In this document: positions 1 through 7,900 of the stretch, piece after piece
Layout: each line of letters starts with the position of its first letter
How positions within the stretch are numbered: the stretch's first letter is position 1
DNA from: Candidatus Aenigmatarchaeota archaeon
Lineage (GTDB): Archaea; Aenigmatarchaeota; Aenigmatarchaeia; CG10238-14; SpSt-28
Length of the DNA: 32,201 nucleotides
Direction: 5' to 3'
Assembly (NCBI GenBank): GCA_025058985.1
Contig: JANXEB010000044.1
Span: forward strand, 1-32,201
Translations under genes and position numbers: made by a program
Notes under the pieces: model-generated
Told to the model about the DNA's origin: nothing
Databases searched by the model: none
What the model saw: the letters and a program-made list of their open reading frames with translations, nothing else

Positions 1-1
1 C

Positions 2-142
2 GAAGATGTAGAAATTGTTGTTAACAAAAGAATTAAGGAAAAACAATCTGAATTGGAAGAAGAAATAAACAATCTAAAAACAAAAGTTTTAGATCTAGAA
101 AACAAACTTAATAAACTATTGGAAATATTGGAAAGTATATAA
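2..142 (+). CDS. 3' end of a coiled-coil protein of unknown function, truncated by the window edge
   Basis: The frame is open from nt 2 and reads EDVEIVVNKRIKEKQSELEEEINNLKTKVLDLENKLNKLLEILESI. The TAA at 140-142 shares its last A with the next ATG (TAATG coupling). The sequence has a heptad-like Leu/charged pattern. Confidence 0.4.
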   Translation, partial: EDVEIVVNKRIKEKQSELEEEINNLKTKVLDLENKLNKLLEILESI

Positions 143-375
143 TGGAGAAAGAATTTGATAAAAAAATAGAAGCTTTAAGAGAGAAGTTAAAAGCTTTAAA
201 AACACTATCAAAAGAAATAGAAGAATTTAAAAGAAGACAAGAAATTTTTGAAAGTAGAGAAATAATAAATAGAATAGAAAGACTAGAAAATGTTATTAAA
301 AATATGCTTTTAATTATGGAGCAATACATAGAAATAATAACTATTTTATATGAAGGATTAGAAGAGTTATATTAA
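142..375 (+). CDS. Small coiled-coil protein (77 aa), unknown function
   Basis: ORF-track ORF with an ATG start. It shares a stop/start overlap with both neighbours (TAATG at 140-144 and at 373-377). The sequence is charged and helical (KIEALREKLKALKTLSKEIEEFKRRQE). I recognise no family. Confidence 0.5.
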   Translation: MEKEFDKKIEALREKLKALKTLSKEIEEFKRRQEIFESREIINRIERLENVIKNMLLIMEQYIEIITILYEGLEELY

Positions 376-1235
376 TGGCCGAAAATAAATTAGTTATAAA
401 AAATTTTTTAATATTTACAATTATTTCAATATATTTTTTAGCTCTCGTTTTTGCTAGAAACGAATTAACTATTCCAATTCAAATAAAAGAAATATCTCAT
501 ACTAAAGAAGTAATAAAAATTGACATAAAAAAATCTAAAGAAATAGAACATTTCATTCCAGGATGTAAAAATTTATGTGGAGATGGGATATGTCAAGAAA
601 TTGTTTGTCTTGCAATAGGATGTCCTTGTCCAGAAACTAGTGAAACTTGTAAAGAAGATTGTAAAGAGTTAAAGGAACTGAAACCAGTTATAACATTACA
701 AACAGATGCTTGTATTAAAATTTCTCCACTTGAAGAAAAACCAATTATTATTGATGAAAAACCAGTTGAATTTAGTGGTATGGAAGAAGTTCCAATTTTA
801 GTTGAGGCAAAATTTACAATTCCATCAAAATTTAATATTACTGAAGAGAAAACTTCTATTAGAATTAGTTTGGATAAAAATAAAAAAATTGCAAATCTTG
901 AAATTAATAATGTTCTAATAACAACAAAAGAAAATTTGAAAATAGAGAATTCTTCTTTAAAAATAGAAACTAAAAAAAGAGATGTTGTAGTAAATATAAC
1001 TCCAGAATTAGCTAAGTATATTATAAATAATAAAGAAAAATTACAAGAAATTAAAAAAATTGAGCTAAAAAAATTTGATGATAAAGTAGTTTATGAAATT
1101 AATGGCTTAAAAAAAGTTAAATTGTTTTGGTTAATTCCAATATTAATAAACATAAAAAGTAACATAAATGTAGAAAATGGTGGAATAGAAAAAATTGAAA
1201 AATCTTGGTGGAGTTTTTTTATAAAAAGTTCATGA
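375..1235 (+). CDS. Membrane-anchored or secreted Cys-rich protein, unknown function
   Basis: 286-aa ORF with an N-terminal hydrophobic anchor (FLIFTIISIYFLALVFA). It has one compact Cys cluster, CKNLCGDGICQEIVCLAIGCPCPETSETCKEDCKE. The remainder is Lys/Ile-rich and looks beta-rich, ending in a WWSFF motif. It is translationally coupled to the upstream small ORFs. Confidence 0.65.
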   Translation: MAENKLVIKNFLIFTIISIYFLALVFARNELTIPIQIKEISHTKEVIKIDIKKSKEIEHFIPGCKNLCGDGICQEIVCLAIGCPCPETSETCKEDCKELKELKPVITLQTDACIKISPLEEKPIIIDEKPVEFSGMEEVPILVEAKFTIPSKFNITEEKTSIRISLDKNKKIANLEINNVLITTKENLKIENSSLKIETKKRDVVVNITPELAKYIINNKEKLQEIKKIELKKFDDKVVYEINGLKKVKLFWLIPILINIKSNINVENGGIEKIEKSWWSFFIKSS

Positions 1236-1762
1236 AGAAAATTCTCAATGTTGGTTGTGGTAATGATACATACGGAACTCACTTTGTAGATATTTATTCA
1301 ACGAGAAAAGAAGTTATAAAATGTGATGTAGATGTGGAAAAACTACCTTTTCCAAACAATTATTTTGATGAGGTTTAGAACATCTTAGAAATCCAGGTTT
1401 TGCTCTTGAAGAAATGAAAAGAGTATGCAAAAAGAATGAGAACTGATAACGCTGGTTTTTGGGAATTTCACATACTTGGTACTCACGTTAAACCAAAGAT
1501 AAATTTAAAAAGACTTAGTTTTTATAAAGGTTTTGGTGAATTGGATACACATTATTGTTTGTATACAAAAGAACATTTGATAAATCATTTTAAAAGATTA
1601 AAGCTAAAAATAGAAAGTATTGAATTTATTGATTTCGATAGGAAAAAAGAAAACCTAGGTAAATATAGACCCTTTCTTAATTTAATTTCATATTTTTTAA
1701 GACTTTTCAAAATATTTGAAAATCTTTCTTATCCACGAATAAAAATAGTTGGAAGAAAATAA
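1232..1762 (+). pseudogene. Disrupted class I SAM-dependent methyltransferase (Methyltransf_11-like) with two frame breaks
   Basis: The ATG at 1232 overlaps the upstream TGA (ATGA). The first frame reads MKKILNVGCGNDTYGTHF...LPFPNNYFDEV and stops at TAG 1376-1378. The expected next motif continues in a different frame from 1378 (EHLRNPGFALEEMKRVCKKNEN, TGA 1444-1446). The C-terminal part returns to the first frame (ORF 1436..1762, MRTDNAGFWEFH...). The VGCG glycine loop plus the FD..(V)LEHL.NP..AL.EM.RV motifs are typical of this methyltransferase family. Confidence 0.6.
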
Positions 1763-1836
1763 TGGGCCTGGCGGGATTTGAACCCGCGACCTACCGGTTA
1801 AGAGCCGGCTGCTCTACCATGCTGAGCTACAGGCCC
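1763..1836 (-). tRNA. tRNA-Lys (anticodon CUU), no intron, CCA not encoded
   Basis: The reverse complement folds as a cloverleaf: GGGCCTG TA GCTC AGCATGGTA GAGC A GCCGG CTCTTAA CCGGT AGGTC GCGGG TTCAAAT CCCGC CAGGCCC A. All four stems are Watson-Crick paired. It is a GC-rich island in AT-rich DNA. Confidence 0.93.
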
Positions 1837-2571
1837 TTATAAATAAACTAAACCTATTCCAAATCCTTTTTGGTTTTTATCATAAATTATTTCCCTACAT
1901 CTATAAATTCTTTTAACTTCATACCAAAGTTTATATACTTCTATTTTTAAAAGTTCATTAGGTAAAATATCGTGTAAAGCTATTATACTATTTTTTCCCG
2001 CAAATTTTTTATAATTATAGAAATCTTCTTTAACAGCTTTATATCTATGATCACCATCTATAAAAATAAAATCTACTTTTTTATTACTAAGTATATTACT
2101 AACAATATTAAGAACTTTCTCGTCATTAGATCTTCCTCTTATAAGGAATAATTGTTGATTATCTTTAACAAAAGATCTATACAGATCTATTTTCCACTTC
2201 GAATATCCTCCGCCAAGATAACCATGTGGTAAATCTATACTAATAATTTTAGCATTTTCTCTAGCAAGCTTACAAAAACAAAATAAACTTCCTCCATTAG
2301 CGGTTCCTATTTCTATTATATTTCTTGGTTTATGTCTTTTAAATATTTTTAATAAACCAACAAATTCTTCCTTTAATTGCATAGGTCTTATTAATCCGTT
2401 TAAAAAATTATAAGAAAAGTCGAAAACTTCCTCTACATTATTCGACTCAAAATTTCTAACAATTTCAATCACTTTTTTAATTCCTTTTTTAAAGACTATT
2501 TTGTGTTTTATATGAATAAGAGAAAAATAAACAAAAGATGCTAAATCTTTTATATAAAAAGAATTATTCAT
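1837..2571 (-). CDS. Class I SAM-dependent methyltransferase (CmcI/Methyltransf_24-like)
   Basis: 244-aa ORF. The IIEIGTANGGSLFCF glycine-rich SAM loop, the ISIDL acidic strand and the FIFIDGDHRY motif resemble the cephalosporin-hydroxylase / O-methyltransferase family 3 fold. Its stop codon abuts the tRNA-Lys 5' end. Confidence 0.7.
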   Translation of the reverse strand: MNNSFYIKDLASFVYFSLIHIKHKIVFKKGIKKVIEIVRNFESNNVEEVFDFSYNFLNGLIRPMQLKEEFVGLLKIFKRHKPRNIIEIGTANGGSLFCFCKLARENAKIISIDLPHGYLGGGYSKWKIDLYRSFVKDNQQLFLIRGRSNDEKVLNIVSNILSNKKVDFIFIDGDHRYKAVKEDFYNYKKFAGKNSIIALHDILPNELLKIEVYKLWYEVKRIYRCREIIYDKNQKGFGIGLVYL

Positions 2572-3802
2572 CTCTCTTAAGAAAATTTATTAAATCACCA
2601 AAACTATTAAATAAAATCTCCTCTCTTTTTTTCATATCTTTCAACCTAAATATTCCTTTTTCTATTTCTTCTTTTCCAACAAGAATAACAAAAGGTATTT
2701 TTTTGTTATTTGCATATTCTAGCTGCGATTTCAAATCTCTATTCTTTAAATCATACTCTGTTTTTATTCCATTCTCTCTTAGCTTTAATACAATTCTAAT
2801 AGCATCAATTTTTTGCTCCTTTTTAATATTAGCGACAAAAACGATTTTTTGCTCCTTCTTATATTCTGATTTAAGTAAATTAAAAACTCTTTCAACCCCT
2901 ATAGAAAATCCTACAGCTGGTAAATTTCTTTTTCCAACTTTTCCAATTAAATTATCATATCTACCACCGCCAGCTATAGAAAATTTTTCTTCTTCAACGG
3001 AAACTTCAAAAATATTTCCTGTATAATATTCTAAACCTCTAGCTAAACTAAAATCAATTTTTATTTTTTTATCAAACCCATAAATCTTAGACAAATCCAA
3101 AAAATCAAAAATTTCTTTACTACCATCTAACTCACTAATATCATATATTTTTTTATTTTCTATAAAATCAAAAATTTTTTCTTCATCTACTCCAATTTTT
3201 CTAAGCTCTTTTTTAACATTTTCTTTACCAATTTTATCTAATTTATCAAGTATTCTTAAAATTTCTAAGGATTTGTTGGCTAAGTTAATTTTTCTGAAAA
3301 AGCTATTCATAACTTTTATATTGTTTAATCTTAAAACAAAATTTTTTATACCAAGTTTTTCCAAAGCTTCTAAGCCACAAGCAACAACCTCAACGTCAGC
3401 CTCTATACTATCACTACCAACAACGTCTATATCAGCTTGATAAAATTCTCTCAATCTATTTTTTTTAACATCTTCGTATCTCCAAACTTTTCCTATTTGA
3501 TATCTTTTAAAAGGAAGCTGTAAATTTGGATTATTTGCCACGAATCTTGCTAATGGCAAAGTCAAATCAAATCTTAAACCAATATGCCTTCCTCCAAAAT
3601 CTTTAAAATTATATATTTGAGATTTTATTTGTTCACCAACATCTTTTATAGAAAGTAGCTCAAAAGTTTCTAAAACAGGTGTTTCCAGAGGTAAAAAACC
3701 ATATTTTTCAAAAACCTCTTTTATATCATCTAAAATATTATTTCTTAAAAACGCTTCATCACCAAAATAATCAGCTGTTCCTTTAACATTTTGGAATTTC
3801 AT
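2564..3802 (-). CDS. hisS: Histidine--tRNA ligase
   Basis: Class II aaRS motifs and HisRS signatures are present: KGTADY, RYQIGKVWRYE, REFYQADIDVVG, GGGRYDNL, and a C-terminal anticodon-binding domain (KIPFVILVGKEE). The ORF track extends to a TTG at 3823. I prefer the ATG at 3802 (MKFQNVKGTADY), which gives the usual N-terminal spacing. Confidence 0.9.
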   Translation of the reverse strand: MKFQNVKGTADYFGDEAFLRNNILDDIKEVFEKYGFLPLETPVLETFELLSIKDVGEQIKSQIYNFKDFGGRHIGLRFDLTLPLARFVANNPNLQLPFKRYQIGKVWRYEDVKKNRLREFYQADIDVVGSDSIEADVEVVACGLEALEKLGIKNFVLRLNNIKVMNSFFRKINLANKSLEILRILDKLDKIGKENVKKELRKIGVDEEKIFDFIENKKIYDISELDGSKEIFDFLDLSKIYGFDKKIKIDFSLARGLEYYTGNIFEVSVEEEKFSIAGGGRYDNLIGKVGKRNLPAVGFSIGVERVFNLLKSEYKKEQKIVFVANIKKEQKIDAIRIVLKLRENGIKTEYDLKNRDLKSQLEYANNKKIPFVILVGKEEIEKGIFRLKDMKKREEILFNSFGDLINFLKRDE

Positions 3803-3832
3803 AAATTTAATTAAACTATTCAAAATTATTTT

Positions 3833-4939
3833 ATGATTATAGTTAATTTTAAAAACTACCTAGAATCTTCTAACAAAAATGGTATAAAGCTTGTTAAAAT
3901 TTGTGAAGAGGTTTCGAAAAAATTTAATGTAGAAATAATTGCTTGTCCAAATTTTATAGATATAAAAGAAATTGTTAAAAAAGCAAAAATAAAAATTTTT
4001 TCCCAACATATAGACCCTATAGAAGATTTTGGAGCATTTACTGGCTCTACTGTTGCAAGCTATTTAAAAAATATTGGTGTAAAAGGAAGTTTAATAAACC
4101 ACTCTGAAAAGCCATTAAAAATTAAAGAAATTAAAAAATGTGTTGAAATATGTAAAAAACTTAACCTAACTTCAGTTGTTTTATCTAGTAAAATAAATCA
4201 AATAAAAAAAATAGTAAAATTTAAACCAAACTATATCGCTTATGAACCAAAAGAACTAATTGGTGGTGATATAAGTGTTTCTACTGCAAAACCAAAGATA
4301 ATAAAAAGAGCTTTTGAAATTTGTAGAAAAGAAAATATTAAGTTACTAGTTGGAGCTGGTATAAAAAATGGTCAAGATGTAAAAAAATCTAGAATATTTG
4401 GAGCTAAAGGAATTTTAGTTTCTAGTGGCGTTGTAAAAGCTAAAAATCCAAAAGTTACACTAGAAGATTTTGCAAGAAATATAAAAATAAAGGGACTTTT
4501 TGTTGGAAGATTTCAACCATTACACTTAGGTCATGTATATGCAATAAACCAGGCTTTTGATCTTTTTGATGAAGTAATAGTTGGTATAGGATCTTCTCAA
4601 TATTCTAATGAACCAAGAAATCCTTTTTCTGCAAAAACTAGAGAAAAAATGATAAAAGCTGTTTTTAAAAACAGAGAAAACTTAAAAATAGTTAAAATTC
4701 CTGATTTTAATAATGACGAAATTTGGACAAATTATTGTTTAAAAAGTTTTGACTTCGATGTTGTTTTTACTGGCTCTAAACATGTTATAAAATGCTTTGA
4801 GGGAAAAAAAGAAATAATAAAGCCTTTGATTTTGAAGCCTAGAAACATTTATAGAGGGACTTTTATTAGAAAATTGATGAAAGAAAATGATGAAAAATGG
4901 AAGGAATTAGTACCGAAAGAAATTATTGGATTATTTTAA
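3833..4939 (+). CDS. tpiA-nadM: Fusion protein: archaeal-type triosephosphate isomerase (about 3833-4480) plus nicotinamide-nucleotide adenylyltransferase (about 4493-4939)
   Basis: The N-terminal half has archaeal TIM motifs: VNFKNY, SQHIDPI, LINHSEK, IAYEPKELIGG, VGAGIKNGQDVKK, VSSGVVKAKNP. The C-terminal half has archaeal NMNAT motifs: GRFQPLHLGHV, IVGIGSSQYS..NPFSA, YRGTFIRKLM, EKWKELVP. It is one uninterrupted 368-aa frame. Confidence 0.85.
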   Translation: MIIVNFKNYLESSNKNGIKLVKICEEVSKKFNVEIIACPNFIDIKEIVKKAKIKIFSQHIDPIEDFGAFTGSTVASYLKNIGVKGSLINHSEKPLKIKEIKKCVEICKKLNLTSVVLSSKINQIKKIVKFKPNYIAYEPKELIGGDISVSTAKPKIIKRAFEICRKENIKLLVGAGIKNGQDVKKSRIFGAKGILVSSGVVKAKNPKVTLEDFARNIKIKGLFVGRFQPLHLGHVYAINQAFDLFDEVIVGIGSSQYSNEPRNPFSAKTREKMIKAVFKNRENLKIVKIPDFNNDEIWTNYCLKSFDFDVVFTGSKHVIKCFEGKKEIIKPLILKPRNIYRGTFIRKLMKENDEKWKELVPKEIIGLF

Positions 4940-7900
4940 TTTTTTTATTAATACAATTTTCTTATTCACAAATTGCAAATTTAATCATCTATCCAACACA
5001 AATTTATGAATGTATCAAATTTAATAGAAGTAGTATATGTAATCTAACTAACATAGTTACGAATGATACCTTATACGAATATCTAGATATAACCGATTCT
5101 TCATCCAGAAAATTTGGTAGAATAAATGTTTCTTTTTTTAACTTATCAATACCACACCACTGGATAAATGTTCTTAGAATTTACATAAAAATGAGATCTG
5201 ACGATTATGAGTTGATGTTTGGACAACATCCTACTCCATTAGGAAATAATGAGAAAGATGAATGCTACATAGCAATTTCTGAAAACTCTACTGGAATATT
5301 TATATACTCCTATGTTCTAACTCCATCATATATAAGTTGTAAAAATTTTTCTAATATAAGTTTGTTCATACAAGAGTTTGAGGTGACTAGCTTTTTAAAC
5401 CACATTAACAAAATAAGAAGTTCGGCAATTTCGTGGAGAGGTTACGATGAAAATGATTTACGAGTAGGTCTTGCTATTGATTTTATCCATATAATAGTTA
5501 ATTATTTCAATTTAACTTTTTCAAATTGGAATTTATCTAAGAGTGAAATCAATAGAGGAGAACTAGTTAATATTCATGCATTATTTAATATAACAGATGT
5601 AAATCATACTTTCTTGATTATAACAACTCCTTTGGGAGAAATTGTTGTTCTAAACAGAAGTTATGCTGGTATAAGTAATATTTCTTTATATCTATATTGG
5701 GTAAACTATACTTTTAATAGCTTTGAAAGAACTTACAAAATAGCTGGAATATATTCTTTTGGTCCTATTTTTGTTAACAACTCATTTGGTGGATACAATG
5801 CAACATTTCCTAAGTTAAACCTAACTCTATGGTCTTTTCCTATGATAGAAAGAATATTTCCAGAAGATTACTATATATACGTAAATGAAAATATAAATAT
5901 CCTTTGTGCTGTTTCAGACAATACAACTTTATATCCATTATCACGACAACCTGTTAGATTTTGGATAGACGGCAGTGCTGATGATTTTAATAGAACAACT
6001 AATGAAAGTGGTATTGCAACTAGAGGATTTCTCTCTTCTTCTGTTGGCAATCGTACAATAGACTGTGAAGTATTTGGAAATATCTCATCTTATTATAAAC
6101 AAAATTTAATATTACGTCAAAACAAATCTTCAACATGGGTTAAAGTTTTAGAACTATCAGCAATTCCAAAGTTAAATAAAACCACAAATATAAAAGTGAG
6201 AGAACCTATAAGAATTTTTGTTAATATTACAAACGCTAGTTTTATAAAAAATGTTAATGCGGCTATAAATTATCTAAAAATAAACTCTTCGGGATCTTTT
6301 AACATAATAGAATTTTATAACTTAACATTTAGTAGAACTTATGCTCCAGACTTACAAGAATATTGTTTAGACTATATTCCTAACTCTTCAGGTCTTTATA
6401 ATGTTTATATAACAACAGAAGCAAATCAACGCACAGCTTTCAATTCTACTTCTTTTTTTGTAGATTTTGGTAGAATAGAAATAGATGTTGAATTCCCAAA
6501 AAACAAACTATTGATAAACCAAACTTTTTTTGCCAAAATTAAGTTTAAAGCTATTGATGGAGATGTTTTAAATATAAATGCAAGCTTAAATAGCAGTAAT
6601 TATAGTAGATTGCAATTAAACAATGATGTTTTTTTCAATAGTTTGTTCAATTTATCTTCTGGAGAAACATTTACTATAAATAAATTTTGGAATCTCACTA
6701 GCAATGATTTCGGATCTGTTTTGCTAAATATAACTGCTATTCCCTCTAATGGAACATATAATTCAACTTCTTTTAATATATCAATTATTGGTTTCGAAAC
6801 TTTTATCTTAAACAAAACCTTAGATTTTGGTAATTCTACAACAATTAAAGCAGTAATAGAGAAAGATTCTAACGCCACTATAATAGAAAATGTATATCTT
6901 ATAACAAAATTTTTTAATATAACTGATTATAATACAATAGAGCTAACAAATCTAAAAATAGATATGCAACATATTGGAATAGAAAGTAATAAATATATTT
7001 TTTCAACTACTTTTATACCACCGAGAAGCGGAAACTATAGTGGAGTAATAAGTTTAAATTTAACTTCAACAATAATAACAAATAGTACAGAAAATTTTAA
7101 TGTAAGTTTTGGTACATCAAAAATATCTTTTCTAATACCATTTTATTATGTATTAACAAACCAAACTTTTAATATAACAGCAATAGCAGAAGCTTTGAAT
7201 GGAGATTTATGGAATGTTAGTTTTAACTTAACAATATTTGATCAAAAAACTATTAATATAACAGAAAATGAAAATTTTTTCCATGGTAAAAATATTTTTA
7301 TAAAAAATGGTAGTAAGTATTTTGAAAAATGGTTAGCTTTCTCTAACAATAGTGGATTGAATAGAATGATTGTTAGTTTAGTTTCTCTATATAGCAACTC
7401 TAGCGCAGATGAAAGTTTTGAAATTATAGAGCCATTAGAAATGGAAATAGAAAATAATCAAACTTATATAGATGAATTTTCAAATCTAATAGTACCTGTT
7501 GTTGGTAATGCAAGTGAAGTTAATGTTAATTTTACAATTTTCAAAGCTTTTGATTCTGGAGTAGAATCATTCCTTGCAAAAACAGTTACAATTAAAAATG
7601 TTATAGACTGCAATATAGAAATAGAAACTGGTAATGTTGCTTTGTTAGAAAAAGGATCTAGTGCTTTTTCACTTGGTGGAAGTAATGCAAATTTTTCCAT
7701 AGATAATAACAATAATACAGCATGGATAACATTTTCAAAAGATTATCTTATTGTTAATTTAAGAAGTATATTTCCAGTAGGAAAAATAGAACTATTATGG
7801 TTTGGTCCATCAAATAGCTTTGCTAATATAAGTTATATAAATGAGAACAATGAAATAATAATTCTTGAAAAAAATATTTTAATACCAACTTCATTATCAA

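Noticed and set aside
1365-1445. Programmed ribosomal frameshifting as an explanation for the split methyltransferase.
   Set aside because: Two separate frame changes would be required. Residues expected between FDEV and LEHL are missing, and there is no slippery heptamer or downstream structure. Decay or sequencing error is the simpler explanation.
2538-3026. A 162-aa plus-strand ORF antisense to hisS. Similar antisense ORFs lie at 108..329, 1091..1282, 6600..6878, 7464..7712, 10062..10265, 17498..17716, 17929..18114, 18083..18565, 18734..19036, 22648..22917, 26728..27045, 27859..28053, 29972..30154, 30124..30318, 30599..30787 and 30800..31054.
   Set aside because: Each lies entirely within a longer, motif-supported or architecture-supported CDS on the other strand. 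Their translations are low-complexity Phe/Ser/Leu/Ile strings, typical of the antisense frame of Lys/Glu-rich AT-rich genes.
3803-3823. A TTG start at 3823 for hisS, as used in the ORF track.
   Set aside because: The ATG at 3802 gives MKFQNVKGTADY, which places the conserved KGT.D motif at the usual distance from the N-terminus. The seven extra residues from the TTG start have no support. The TTG start remains possible.
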